Positions 31,856 to 43,636 are shown, counted from the whole stretch's first letter. The stretch is DNA of 63,847 nt, filler included, from 8 parts of 8 records of this genome joined end to end with filler, not necessarily neighbours in it, one strand, 5' to 3'. The notes: generated from the sequence alone by a model not told the origin. Numbers and translations are program-made.

Positions 31856-34066
31856 TTAATCAAAAATATCTAGATCATTTATTATAGTTTCGATATCTGT
31901 CTGTATTTCGACGCTTTCATCATCTCCTGGTAATTCAATTGTTCCAGCCTCTTCAACATCTAGACTGTCATCACTATACCCATTCTCCGCAAGCAATTCC
32001 TTAGGAAAAAATTTATCCAATCCATCTTTATACTTTGCAGAATATTCAACAGGGGTGTAACCTCTTTTAAATAGTGCTTTTCTAGTTCTATACGCTGATG
32101 AATCACTTAAAAGTCCATTTCTTGAATCAATGTTTTCATAAACAAGTTCTTTCTCCTCAACTAAGTTATCTAAAAATTCAAACCTAGTAGGGCTATATAT
32201 TCCCTGATCAAATAACTTTTGCACATAAACTCCCCAAATTGGAGCTGCTATAGAACCTCCACTCATGCTTTTTCCCATACTTTTATTATTATCTTTCCCA
32301 ACATAAAGTGTTGTGACCATTTCAGGGGTATAGCCACTAAACCAAGCACTTCTAAAAGCATTAGTTGTTCCTGTTTTTCCACCTTGCTCAATATATTTTG
32401 TTTTACCGTCACTATTCTTATAACTTACTCTTGCTCTTCGTCCAGATCCCATCTGAACAACATCTTTCATCATATGAACAAGTAAAGCTAATTCTTCTGG
32501 CTCTACAATTTTTTTCTTTTTAACCTTGTTTTCATAGATGATTTTCCCATATCTATCTGTTATTTTAGTTATAAATATAGGTTCAACAGAATACCCTCCG
32601 TTTGAGAAAACTGTATAAGCACTTGCAAGCTCAAAAGGAGTTATTGTCATTGAACCAAGAGCTGCAGTTAAGTTATAAGGAATTTCTGATTTTATTCCCA
32701 TTTTTTTTGCATTGGTTATTAAATCTTTAAGCCCTATTTTTTTCAAAAGCTTAATTGCTGAAATATTAACGGATCTCTCAATACTCTCTAAAATAGTTAT
32801 ATTTCCATCGAATTTCCCAGAGTAGTTTACAGGTTCCCATTCGCCATATTTTAATTTAGAATCCTCCATTACTAGATTCATTTGATAACCAGCCTTTAAA
32901 GCTGAATAATATAGAAATGGTTTAAATGATGACCCTGGTTGTCTTTTCGCCATAAATGCTCTATTGAAGTTTTGACTCTTAAAATCCTTACCTGCAACAA
33001 CAGCTTTTACATAACCTGTATGCGAATCAATTGAAATCAATGCACCATTTAAATCTGGCCTCTTTTTAAAAAGTTCAGAACTCTTAAATGATTCCTCTGC
33101 TGCTTTTTGCATTCTTAAATCAAGAGTTGTGTAAATCTTCAAACCACTTTCATATATAGCATTCTGGTCAAACATTTCAAACACTTCGGCATTAACTCTA
33201 TCAACAAAATCAGGAGCAACTAGTCCTCTTTTCATTTTCCTATTTCTTAATATTACTGTTAATTTTTCTGTATTTCTAATTGGATTTTCTAAATCTTCAA
33301 CTACAAAATCATGTTTAAGTGCATCATTATATTCTGCTGAATTAATAAAACCAAATTTATTCATTTGTCTTAATATTAGCCGACCTCTTCTTTTTGCATT
33401 ATCAAGTTTTCTAATTGGTGAATAGATCCCTGGATTATTTGTAACACCTGCTAAAAGAGCCGCTTCAGCAATACTTAATTCATTTAGATTTTTACCTAAG
33501 AAAACTTGAGCACATGCCTTAATTCCATATGCTCCAGAACCAAAATACACTTCATTTAAATATTTTTCCAATATCTCATCTTTAGTATATCTACGTTCAA
33601 TCTCAAAAGCTATCATTGCTTCTTTGATTTTTCTCATTATTCTTCTTTCGTTAGTCAAAAATGCATTTTTTACTAACTGCTGAGTAATAGTACTTCCTCC
33701 AGGTACATTTCTTTTAGCCAATATATATTTAGGAGCCATAACTACTGACTTAATTAAACGCAAAGGATCTATTCCATAATGCCTTCTAAACTTTCTATCT
33801 TCAATTGCTAAAAATGCATCCTGAACGTGTCTAGGTATATCATCTATATCAACAATTTCACGATTTTCTTTAAAAAATCTATCAATTATTTCACCATTAG
33901 AATCATAAATAACAGTCGGTATTATAGGATCATATTCTTCAACCAAAACACTTATATCAGGTAGTTCTCTGTATGCTTTGTATAAAACAAAACTCACTCC
34001 ACCTGTACCTAAGGCAAACACTATTATGAAACTATATAATATTATATTTTTTATTTTTCGTACCAT
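31856..34066 (-). CDS. Class A penicillin-binding protein (PBP1A)
   Basis: TGase 'EDRKF..HYG', 'GGSTITQQL', 'RKIKE'; TPase 'QPGSSFK', 'S.N', 'KTGT'. Confidence 0.95.
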   Translation of the reverse strand: MVRKIKNIILYSFIIVFALGTGGVSFVLYKAYRELPDISVLVEEYDPIIPTVIYDSNGEIIDRFFKENREIVDIDDIPRHVQDAFLAIEDRKFRRHYGIDPLRLIKSVVMAPKYILAKRNVPGGSTITQQLVKNAFLTNERRIMRKIKEAMIAFEIERRYTKDEILEKYLNEVYFGSGAYGIKACAQVFLGKNLNELSIAEAALLAGVTNNPGIYSPIRKLDNAKRRGRLILRQMNKFGFINSAEYNDALKHDFVVEDLENPIRNTEKLTVILRNRKMKRGLVAPDFVDRVNAEVFEMFDQNAIYESGLKIYTTLDLRMQKAAEESFKSSELFKKRPDLNGALISIDSHTGYVKAVVAGKDFKSQNFNRAFMAKRQPGSSFKPFLYYSALKAGYQMNLVMEDSKLKYGEWEPVNYSGKFDGNITILESIERSVNISAIKLLKKIGLKDLITNAKKMGIKSEIPYNLTAALGSMTITPFELASAYTVFSNGGYSVEPIFITKITDRYGKIIYENKVKKKKIVEPEELALLVHMMKDVVQMGSGRRARVSYKNSDGKTKYIEQGGKTGTTNAFRSAWFSGYTPEMVTTLYVGKDNNKSMGKSMSGGSIAAPIWGVYVQKLFDQGIYSPTRFEFLDNLVEEKELVYENIDSRNGLLSDSSAYRTRKALFKRGYTPVEYSAKYKDGLDKFFPKELLAENGYSDDSLDVEEAGTIELPGDDESVEIQTDIETIINDLDIFD

Positions 34067-34136
34067 TAAAACTTACCTCCAAAACCTGGATGTTTACAAC
34101 TTCATTTAATTGTAATAGGCATATTTTAAAATAGTC

Positions 34137-35192
34137 TTAGTTATTTTTATTTTTCTGTCTTAACTGCCCACATGCACCGTCAATATCACTACCTTTTTCT
34201 CTTCTAAGAGTTACGTTTACACTTCTATCATCTCTTAAATAAGTAAAAAATTTCTCAATTTTTGCATCATGTGGTCTTTCAAATTCTTTTCCTTCAACTT
34301 CGTTATATGGAATCAAATTAAGGATGTGGTCGAACTCATGCATAAAGTTTGCTAAATATTCCATATCCATTCTAGTTACGTTGAAATTTCTAATCAATAT
34401 ATATTCAAATGATATTCTTCTTTTCGTCATTTTTTGATATTGCTGAAGAGTTATTGCTAAATCTTCCAAAGGATATTTTTTATTAATAGGAATTATCTCA
34501 TCCCTTTTATCATTGAATACTGAATGAAGTGAGATTGCTAATTCAACATCTAACTTCTCTTCCATCAATCTCTCTATACCTGGAACAATTCCCGATGTAG
34601 ATACTGTTATTTTTCTTTTAGCAAAATCAAGCCCCTCAGGGTCAATAAGAGTATAGATAGATTTAATTAAGTTTTCTGTATTTAATAATGGCTCTCCCAT
34701 TCCCATAAATACAATATTATTAATTTTCTGGCCTTTCTTAGCCAATCTTCTGTAAATTGTATAAACCTGATTAATAATTTCATGTTGCTCAAGATTTCTC
34801 TCAAAACCATCAATTCCAGTTGCGCAAAATTCACATCTTACTGGACATCCAACTTGTGTTGATACACAAATAGTATTTCTATCTTTATGCTTTAACAATA
34901 CTGTTTCAATTGTATTCTTATCCTCTAATTCAAACAAGTATTTTTCTGTTCCATCAATTTTAGACACTTTGTGACTTAATACCTCTAAAAAAGGGATATA
35001 AGCTTTTTCTTTCAAAAGTTCTCTATTTTTTAAAGATAAGTTTGTCATATTATCTATCTGTCTTTCAATTTTTCCATGTACCCAATTATATATTTGCTTA
35101 GCATTAAACTTCTTTAAACCAAGCTCAACTACAAAACTTTCTAATTCCTTTATATCAGAATTTAGCAAGTTAAATTTATTTCCTTTTTGCAT
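34137..35192 (-). CDS. rlmN: 23S rRNA/tRNA m2A methyltransferase
   Basis: '[18 protein letters not shown]', 'MGMGEP', 'DIDGACGQL'. Confidence 0.97.
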   Translation of the reverse strand: MQKGNKFNLLNSDIKELESFVVELGLKKFNAKQIYNWVHGKIERQIDNMTNLSLKNRELLKEKAYIPFLEVLSHKVSKIDGTEKYLFELEDKNTIETVLLKHKDRNTICVSTQVGCPVRCEFCATGIDGFERNLEQHEIINQVYTIYRRLAKKGQKINNIVFMGMGEPLLNTENLIKSIYTLIDPEGLDFAKRKITVSTSGIVPGIERLMEEKLDVELAISLHSVFNDKRDEIIPINKKYPLEDLAITLQQYQKMTKRRISFEYILIRNFNVTRMDMEYLANFMHEFDHILNLIPYNEVEGKEFERPHDAKIEKFFTYLRDDRSVNVTLRREKGSDIDGACGQLRQKNKNN

Positions 35193-35543
35193 TACTTCCT
35201 CCTATTTATTTAAATATTCAATTATCAATTACATGTCACACAACATTCTTCTTATTTTATCACAAAATTCAACTATGAGCAAGTTAAATAGATTCTTTGC
35301 TATTTTGATAATTAAAGTAAAAATAAATCAAGTATTGCATAATTTTAGTTAATTTGTAATTATAAAAATATTCTTGGATTGTTTTGAATAAAAATGGCTT
35401 CGACTAGCGTAAATATGAATCGAGCTTTTCACATTAATCTAAAACTCAAAATAAGTCGGACTTTTCGAAAGTTGTAAGAGTAATATTTTACTATGGTAAA
35501 ATTAAAAATGAGCAGATTTAATAGTTAATCTGCTCACAATAGT

Positions 35544-36794
35544 TTATTTTTTTAAATATTTTGGTAACACTTTATTTAATATAACTCCTAAGATTGCAGC
35601 CATAGTCAGTCCAGACATACTTACTGTTTTCCATATTGCTACGTCACTTACTGCAATACCAAATACAAATATTACAGCTGCTATGATTAGGTTTCTACTA
35701 TGACCAAAATCAAGTTCTGCATCAACTAATGTTCTTACTCCAACACTTGCTATCATTCCAAATAGTATAATTGAAACTCCCCCCATAACTGGAACTGGTA
35801 TAGTTTGTAAAATCGCTCCAAATTTACCTATGAAACTTAAGGCTACTGCATAAACAGCTGCTATTCTAAGGATTTTAGGATCGTACACTTTCGTTACAGC
35901 TAAAACTCCTGTATTTTCACCATATGTAGTATTTGCTGGACCACCAATTAAACCTGCGAACATTGTTGCTACACCATCACCTAACATTGTTCTGTGTACT
36001 CCTGGCTCTTTGAAGAAGTCTTTTCCTACAACTGCACCATTAGTTGTAATATCTCCAATATGTTCAATAAACACTACTAAAGCAATTGGAGAGATTGCCA
36101 AAATTCCTGTTAGAGTAAATTCAGGCATTGTTAGTAAATCCTTCATTGCATCTGTAGATAAACCTATCCAGTTTGCATTTACTATGGCATCAAATTTTAC
36201 TAAACCAAATGGGATTGATACTAAATAACCTAAAGTTACTGATATCAATATTGGTACTAATCTAAAGAAAGATTTTTCCATTATAGATATTGCTATCATT
36301 GATATAATAACAATACTAGCAATAATTAAACTTTTCAGCTCAAATTTACCATCAGCATAACCTATCATGTTCATTGCAACTGGACTTAATCTTAGTCCGA
36401 TTACCATTATAATTGGCCCAGTTACAATTGGTGGGAAGAAACTTTTAACTACCTCTACACCAAATTTTGATATAACTAGCGACATTAACATATAAATTAA
36501 ACCTGCTCCAATTACTCCACCTTTAACTACTCCTATTCCTTCTGCTTTTAAAACAAGACTAATTGCACCAATAAATGCAAAACTTGATCCTAAAAATACT
36601 GGAACTATCTTTTTGGTACAAAAGTGAAATAATAGCGTTCCTACACCAGCAGAAAGTAATGCTAAAGAGGGATTAAGTCCCGTTAAAAAGGGTACCAATA
36701 CTGTTGCTCCAAACATTGCAAGTACATGCTGTAATCCTAAAATGTACTGCGCTTTACCACCAATTTCCACACTATTTTCATTCTTCTTTTTCAT
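35544..36794 (-). CDS. uraA: Uracil permease (NCS2)
   Basis: 'LQHVLAMFGATVLVP', 'EHIGD', 'GGPANTTYGEN.GV'. Confidence 0.93.
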   Translation of the reverse strand: MKKKNENSVEIGGKAQYILGLQHVLAMFGATVLVPFLTGLNPSLALLSAGVGTLLFHFCTKKIVPVFLGSSFAFIGAISLVLKAEGIGVVKGGVIGAGLIYMLMSLVISKFGVEVVKSFFPPIVTGPIIMVIGLRLSPVAMNMIGYADGKFELKSLIIASIVIISMIAISIMEKSFFRLVPILISVTLGYLVSIPFGLVKFDAIVNANWIGLSTDAMKDLLTMPEFTLTGILAISPIALVVFIEHIGDITTNGAVVGKDFFKEPGVHRTMLGDGVATMFAGLIGGPANTTYGENTGVLAVTKVYDPKILRIAAVYAVALSFIGKFGAILQTIPVPVMGGVSIILFGMIASVGVRTLVDAELDFGHSRNLIIAAVIFVFGIAVSDVAIWKTVSMSGLTMAAILGVILNKVLPKYLKK

Positions 36795-36926
36795 CTCTAC
36801 CTCCTAGATAAATATATTAAATTTTTNNNNNNNNNNNNNNNNNNNNNNNNNNNNNNNNNNNNNNNNNNNNTTAATTAATTAANNNNNNNNNNNNNNNNNN
36901 NNNNNNNNNNNNNNNNNNNNNNNNNN

Positions 36927-37286
36927 TTTCCAGTTATTGTGGCAAATCCGTAAAGGATTGGAGCACTCTTGAATTGCAAAGGGGATATTTGTTCCATGAA
37001 TGATAGAATAATCCTCTATCAAAAGATGATTTACATAGAACACAAAAAAAACATCAGGATCTATTTGACGTACTTGTTGTTTAAATGTTTCAATCGAATC
37101 GTATGGCAGCAATTTAATTTTTTGATTAACTTTATATGCTGGATTGCCATGATTCCTGTAGCCAATGTGTATAGTGTGGCCCCGACTTATCATTTCGTTG
37201 GCCATTTCAGTTGCTACTCTTTCGACGCCTCCTTTTCCAACACCAAGAGATCTACATTGTAATACAATATTTAATTTCTTTGACAT
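36927..37286 (-). CDS. Glycosyltransferase family 4-like, N-terminus (partial)
   Basis: 'GGVERV...MANEM..RGH.I', 'DPDV'. Confidence 0.75.
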
Positions 37287-37354
37287 AGCTCATCACCTAA
37301 AAGAAGAGAACCAAAAGTGTCAAATAACATTATAATTGTAAACATTCAAGTATG

Positions 37355-39159
37355 TCATATTATTAAATCTTCAATGGAAGAATAGACTTCTGAGTCAATT
37401 TTTAATGATCGTTCGTCAATTTTCCACGTGTGAAAGTTTTTGTCACTATTGCGAATGCCAATTATATTGAATTTATCCATGATTCCTACAATTATATCGT
37501 TACTATTATTATTAGCCAAATTATACAGGAAAGATGTGTCTGCAGAACCATAACTTAAATCGTCGTAGAGATTTGATTTAAAGAAATGACTTTTTCCGCT
37601 AATTGAGTTTCCACCAAATCGTATTTTGCCGCTTGCGACAGTTGTGAGATCAGTAACACAAAGTGATGGATTGCTATTCTTATAATAAATATTAGGCTCG
37701 GAATTAAATTTTTTGGAGGATGGCGGTTTTCCAAATAGTGTTGCACCAATACATTTTGCTTGTAGTATCATGTCTAAAATATAGTTTGGACCATAATAAT
37801 CATCGTCGTCTATTCTGAAAACGTAGTCACCCGAAGCGATTGAATTACCACGATTTAGGCAAGCCCCGGCAAATATTTCGGCCGGAACATATGCTATTTT
37901 TACTTCGTCCGATATATTAACTACATCTTCTTGAGATATAGATTTTGACTTTTTGTTAGAATTTATTACAACAATGAGCTCCTTGTTCGGATAAGTTTGC
38001 CTATGAAAAGTATCGATACATAATGGCAACCTTTCATCTCTAATCGTGGGAGTAATTAATGATACTTTAGGGAACTCGATCCAATCATTTTTTACACCAA
38101 TTTTATCGCATATATCTTTAACTCTATGAGCGAATGTGTGATGTTGATTCGCTTTGCGCCATCCTAAATGTGCTTTTCTTTCCCGATATAAGTCATCTTC
38201 TTTACATCTGACAACTTCAATTTTTAAATCTAACACGTCAGGGCGTTCAGTGACGATATTTTTGCATACATCATCTTTATAAAGACGACCATGGTGAATT
38301 ACATTTAAGCGACTTGAAACGGCTTCAAGTGTCATCCATTGTTGTGATGTTCGAGTAGAAAGTGTATGATCGAAAGTTAGATATGATTTCGCATATTTCA
38401 TCGCTACAATACGACTCTTTTTTGAAATACAACCAGCAATACAATTTTTAAAATCAGACAACAAATTCAATCGATTATGAAAAATATGGTATCTGGACTC
38501 TACCATCATCAAACCGTATTTTTTAATATCTCTCAATACATTTAGCTTCTCAGGAAGCCTATCTATGTCCGCTAAACCATCATAGAGAAATTCTAATCCA
38601 AAAGTATCATGGTAGTCATACGATCTGAACGGATTATATATGGCGGGTTGGACACAGGGTAAAAGTACTTCACATGCTATTCCCTCTTTTTGAAAAATTT
38701 CTGCGTCTTTGATATCTGAGCAAAAAACCGCATCGAAAGAAGTTGCAAAATCTTTGTGGTAATAGTGATATTCATGTCCTTTAGTCGCCCAAAAAACCGT
38801 AGGGATTGATAATTTTTTGGAAAGATGAATGATTTTTGACAAAACATTCCGATCCGCTGAAGAAGGATAAAGCCCCATGTGCCAATGTCCAGTGACGCTT
38901 TGCCACATCGACTCTACAAGCAAAAAGTCGGGTTTTGCATATTTAAGTACATATCTCCAATTGGTCGGTGTTATAAGTATGACGTTTCCCTCATAACGCA
39001 AACCTTCGAACAGTCTGTTTCCAACCAGACATGCCATACGGAGATTAGTGTTAGGTTTTTTTTTTGAAACTGAAAAAGGGGCGTGGGAGATTGCCAGTAC
39101 TTGGTATGGTCCAAAAGGCTTTCAGATTTTTTATTAATTTTAAGCATAATGCTGTTCAC
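37355..39159 (-). CDS. Two-domain glycosyltransferase (CgeB/YkvP-like N-domain + GT2 C-domain), frameshifted at an A10 run near the 5' end
   Basis: 'PDFLLVES.W', 'IPTVFW', 'CVQP.IYNP', 'HTFAHR'; C-domain 'VSLITPT', 'QTYPNKE', 'DDDDYYGPNY'; upstream frame 38971-39159 joins at 39056-39065. Confidence 0.75.
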
Positions 39160-39248
39160 AAAATAATAATATCATACTGTTTACGAATGATATTATTGTC
39201 TGTTGGGTTAACTAATCTTAACGGATAAAATGAAGACTAAGATAGGAT

Positions 39249-40259
39249 TTAACTGTTTTTATGAGATTCTAAAATTAAATTCTTAATCAGCTCGAATCTG
39301 TCCTTTGACAATTTATAGTATAAATGATCATCTTCAGGTAGCGGTTCAATGAAAAATTTTTTTCCATAATTGTAGTTGTTCTCTATGTATTCGTAAAAAA
39401 ATTTATGATTTAATAATAATTTTTTTCTTTCCTTTAAAGATAAAATATACTTAATATCTGGAAAATTGTATTCAGTCATTAATAAACTGCTAATCTGAAT
39501 AAGATTTTTATTGCTAATCAATTTTCCTTGCTCTTTGTTCATAACAACCAAAGTTTCGCAAAGATCTCTATGCAACCCTTCATTTTCGGTAGTAATCGTA
39601 AATTCATTAATTTTCTCATATAGACTTAATATTTTTAATGTATCAGCAACCAAGTCCCCATCAACCATTTGTGAACGTTCAAAAGGTTTAATAATAATAT
39701 TTTCTTTTCCGAAAACGCCCTCTAATAGTAGGAGCAAGTCATAAGTTTTTTCTGGGCATAATCGATCCTTAAGTTTGGCAATACTAATATGGCGACCTGC
39801 TTTTAGTTCCTGCTTGTATAAAGATTCTATATAAAGATCTATTCTTCTTAGATTGAGTATTATTTTTATTTGGTGGTTAACAAAAAAATTTTTTATAGCG
39901 TTACAAAGCGCAATAATGTCATCTTTACTTTGATCGACATTCTTCTTAGACAACCTCCCCCAGAATGTTTCTGTTGTTAAGAATATATTAACATTTTTTG
40001 TCGGTATATTGATGTATTAATTCATTAAATCTTTGTCTATGAAAAGTGCTTGATAAAAACTTTGAAGAATCAAATATATCTATCTTTTTTAAATTATTTT
40101 CCTTTACTAAATGATCATATAGAGGCAAACAATTTCTTATAGGCGCATAGAACCCATTTTTTAAAAACTGATTCCTGTTATTTTTTACTTTAGTTGGGCC
40201 AATGACACAGTTCCTGCTTTGTCGGACCCAATACGCATATAAAGTAGTCTTTTATCCAT
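39249..40259 (-). pseudogene. Sulfotransferase-like (P-loop) protein broken by two compensating frameshifts
   Basis: ATG 40259 gives MDKRLLYMRIGSDKAGTVSL (PAPS-loop-like), middle frame ...QFLKNGFYAP..., then IFLTTETFWGRL continuing into the listed 234-aa ORF ('IKIILNLRR.D.YIESLY.Q'). Confidence 0.6.
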
Positions 40260-40402
40260 CTTAAAGAACCGATCTAAGTTTAATTTAATAATATTATAAC
40301 TTACATTTCGTATGCCATGAGATTGTTTTACGAAACTAACTGACAGTTGGTCAGATATCGTGCAACGAAATGACTATCCAAAACGGTAAGAAAGATTGAA
40401 TA

Positions 40403-41152
40403 TCAATTCAGCCAAGTTGAAAGATCACGTTCGACAAGGTCTTGTAATTGTATTATATCTTCATAAAAATACTTTAGAAGAAAATTGTAATCATCATCTG
40501 AAATCCCATTTTCATAATTGAAAGATCCAATTACTTGTTTATTCGGAACAAAGTTTACCACACCCAAAAAATTATTGATTCGTGTAATTGTTTTTGTATG
40601 ATTATTTTTAAGGTCTTCGTTCAATAAAATTAAAAAATTATTTTTGTTAAAAAAATTTATATATGCAGCAATCTGTTTACAATATAAACCTCGAGAAATG
40701 TATCCATATCTTTTCAGAGCCTTGTAATACGCTTCGTTAGTACCGGATGAAAGAAGATCAGCCTCTAATCTTATTAACTTTGAAAATGATGAAATTTTTT
40801 CATTTTTTAATACATGATACCGCATATTGAACTGAGAAAATGCTCTAAGGCATGGATTTCTAAGAAGTATAATAAATTTTAAATTTGGATTGTAATGATA
40901 CATATGGCTTGCAGTTTCCAAGCGTGGTAGATAATTAGGTCCTTTTTGGCCGATGACTTTTTTATTTTCTAAATTTTTGAAATGCTCATGATACTGATTG
41001 TAATCCAGTCCTGATTTATGGTTCGTGGTCCTTTGCAAAAAGAAATGGATTTCTTTGAGAGGAATACCGACTTCTGGATTTTGAGAAAGAAAATTCATCA
41101 ATGCACTTGTACCCGATTTTTGCGCACCTGGTATTATAAAATCAACTTTCAT
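40403..41152 (-). CDS. Sulfotransferase
   Basis: 'FIIPGAQKSGTSAL..FL', 'KEIHFF', 'LRNP..RAFSQF', 'RGLY..QI'. Confidence 0.9.
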   Translation of the reverse strand: MKVDFIIPGAQKSGTSALMNFLSQNPEVGIPLKEIHFFLQRTTNHKSGLDYNQYHEHFKNLENKKVIGQKGPNYLPRLETASHMYHYNPNLKFIILLRNPCLRAFSQFNMRYHVLKNEKISSFSKLIRLEADLLSSGTNEAYYKALKRYGYISRGLYCKQIAAYINFFNKNNFLILLNEDLKNNHTKTITRINNFLGVVNFVPNKQVIGSFNYENGISDDDYNFLLKYFYEDIIQLQDLVERDLSTWLN

Positions 41153-41170
41153 AGTTAAGCTTTAGTATTA

Positions 41171-42331
41171 TTATTTATCAATGCTATTGATTACTTTTTT
41201 GTTCTCGATAAGTTTTCTAATTTCAATCCTGTCGAGTTTTCCGTTCTGGTTTTTAGGTAGTGAATCAAAAAAAAGAATACTTGAAGGCAACATATATTGA
41301 GGAAGACGCTCTTGAAGAAGGTTAATTAAATATTTCTCATTTAGCGATGGTTCGCAGCAAACCACGGCATCAATACAACTGTTGCCATACTTTTTACCAT
41401 GTACTGCAACCGCCTGGTAAATGCCAGGTATTGTACAAAGTGCGTTTTCAATTTCTTCAAGCTCTATGCGGTAACCCATGTGCTTAATCTGGTTGTCACG
41501 CCTGCCATGTATCCAAAATTTTCCGTTTTCAGCATCCCTATGAACAATATCACCGGTATAATACATAATCTCTGAATAGTCTTTTTGTATGGGTGATTGA
41601 TGAAAGTATTGTTTTGTGCGCTCTGGATCGTTAAAATAACCCTGTCCCACACAAGGACCTCCAAGAATGAGTTCACCACTCATTCCTTCCTTTACAGGTT
41701 GACCATTTTCATCGATGATAAACCCCACAAATTCAGGAGTGAGATTACCCAATGGTGGGAAACCCTGAAGATCTGCAAAATCATCTTCATGCAGACGATA
41801 TGCCGAGCAAATACATGTACATTCCGTGGGACCGTATACGTTTATTATTTCCGCACGGGACCCAAATGTATCGAACAATTTTTTAAGGCGCGCCTTTGGA
41901 TATCCTTCGCCGCCGAATATTATTCTTTTAACATTTGGCATGGCATCTGAATTGAGCGCCCTTAGACTGTCAAGGTACATCAATAATGAAGGAACGGAAA
42001 ACCAGGACGTGCAACCTCGTGCAGCGACGCCATCAAGAAGGGATTTTGGAGAACGGGTTTCGGAACGCGTAAAAGGTGCAAGTGCCGCACCAGTAAAAAG
42101 AGATGAATATATATCGAATACAGAGTTGTCAAAATAAAGCGGGTTCACATTGGTCAGAATATCACCGGGCCCAAGAGAGAAATAATCCCGGCTCCATGAT
42201 ATTAACCGCAACACATTCTGTTGGCTCATGACAGCTCCCTTTGGGAAACCGGTAGACCCAGATGTAAACATGATATAGGCTGGATGGTTGCCATTGGGAA
42301 CTAATGCATTTTGTATTTTTGATTTTGAACC
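41171..42331 (-). CDS. Amino-acid adenylation domain protein (DltA/NRPS A-domain-like), 5' truncated
   Basis: 'AYIMFTSGSTG.PKG', 'FD.SV.D', 'FGGE', 'NVYGPTE', 'YYTGD', 'GYRIELEEIE', 'LPKN.NGK.DR'; no T domain. Confidence 0.9.
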   Translation of the reverse strand, partial: GSKSKIQNALVPNGNHPAYIMFTSGSTGFPKGAVMSQQNVLRLISWSRDYFSLGPGDILTNVNPLYFDNSVFDIYSSLFTGAALAPFTRSETRSPKSLLDGVAARGCTSWFSVPSLLMYLDSLRALNSDAMPNVKRIIFGGEGYPKARLKKLFDTFGSRAEIINVYGPTECTCICSAYRLHEDDFADLQGFPPLGNLTPEFVGFIIDENGQPVKEGMSGELILGGPCVGQGYFNDPERTKQYFHQSPIQKDYSEIMYYTGDIVHRDAENGKFWIHGRRDNQIKHMGYRIELEEIENALCTIPGIYQAVAVHGKKYGNSCIDAVVCCEPSLNEKYLINLLQERLPQYMLPSSILFFDSLPKNQNGKLDRIEIRKLIENKKVINSIDK

Positions 42332-42431
42332 NNNNNNNNNNNNNNNNNNNNNNNNNNNNNNNNNNNNNNNNNNNNTTAATTAATTAANNNNNNNNNNNNN
42401 NNNNNNNNNNNNNNNNNNNNNNNNNNNNNNN

Positions 42432-42948
42432 AAAATTACTTGATATAAATGGTAGAAGTAGACATAGACAGATGGAGCTTGCAGAACAGTATGGGATTAC
42501 TGAATACCCAAGTCCAGGTGGAGGTTGTATGCTTACTGAGCCAAATTACTCTAAGAGATTAAAAGTTTTAGAAAATGATGGATTTTTAGAGGAAGAATTT
42601 TCTTTTCTGTTTTATTTAATTAGACTAGGAAGATTCTACAGGTTTGAAAAAGGGATTTATCTATTTGTAGGAAGAGAGAAAGATGATAATTATAAGATAT
42701 CTGAATACAAAGAAAATGGATCACTTCATATAGTTGGAGCAGGAGTTCCTGGACCGGCAATCCTTGGTTTCGGTGAATTAAATGAAGAGCAGGAGAAATT
42801 TGCCAAAGAGCTATTTGCGAGATACTCTAAAAATAAAGGTAAAATGACAACATCGATGATGGTAAACGAAGAATATCAAGAGATTGATGTTAAGAATTTA
42901 GAACTATTAGAAGCAGAGATGAAAAAATATATAATAGCAGGAAATTAA
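42432..42948 (+). CDS. C-terminus of ThiI/MnmA-like PP-loop tRNA sulfur-modification family protein (partial)
   Basis: 'INGRSR..Q.ELA...GI..YPSPGGGC.LT', 'GR.YR....LFVGR...DN'. Confidence 0.65.
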
Positions 42949-42991
42949 ATAAAAAATCAGGATGAAAGCTCATCCTGATTTTTTTCTATTT

Positions 42992-43282
42992 TTATAATTC
43001 ATCAAAGTTTTCTCTGGCATATGATATAGCTTTTTGTGTAAGAACTCTAATTTTCTTAACTTTTTCATTTGGTTGATAAGGGTCTGTGGTACAATTTCCA
43101 TGTTTAGTACAATTGTCACATGTTTTATCAAAATACTCATTATCAACTTTAAGGAATCCATCTTTTTCGAGTTCCTCAAAAAGTTTTTCTAACTCATCTA
43201 TACTTACGCCTAATGCAAATCTTAGATTGTCTTCTGTATGTACATCTCCTAAGAGTATTAGCTTAAGAAGTTTATATTTCAT
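42992..43282 (-). CDS. FeoC-like winged-helix protein with CxxCxxxxxC
   Basis: HTH-like N-half and 'CDNCTKHGNC'. Confidence 0.55.
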   Translation of the reverse strand: MKYKLLKLILLGDVHTEDNLRFALGVSIDELEKLFEELEKDGFLKVDNEYFDKTCDNCTKHGNCTTDPYQPNEKVKKIRVLTQKAISYARENFDEL

Positions 43283-43388
43283 CTATTTTCCTCCTGATTT
43301 AATTCTATATTAGTTATTATATCATATAAAAATAGAAAAAATTATGAAAAAGGGTGTTTTTTATATTTTTATGTCATATAATAATCTT

Positions 43389-43636
43389 GAGCGGCTCTGA
43401 TGTAACACTTTAAGTTTTAGAAGAATTTTGTGTTTGTAGATTTGTCGTATGTTTTTAGAGTAGTATTTATAGTTTTGATGGATTAGACTGGTTTGCAAAA
43501 TAGTGAAATAATAATATAAAGTTGAGAGTATTTTGAGAAATCGGTTGTTAGGAGAAGAAATTATATTTATAGTAATAATGTTAAAAAGAAATTAGCTTAG
43601 AGCCGTTTACGGGGGACAATATGTTGTCCCCTTTTT
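43389..43636 (+). ncRNA. Candidate stand-alone small RNA (~250 nt)
   Basis: TATAAT 43377-82; 5' GAGCGGCTCTGA pairs with TTAGAGCCGTTT (43597-43608); terminator GGGGGACAA/TTGTCCCC-U; no ORF. Confidence 0.6.
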
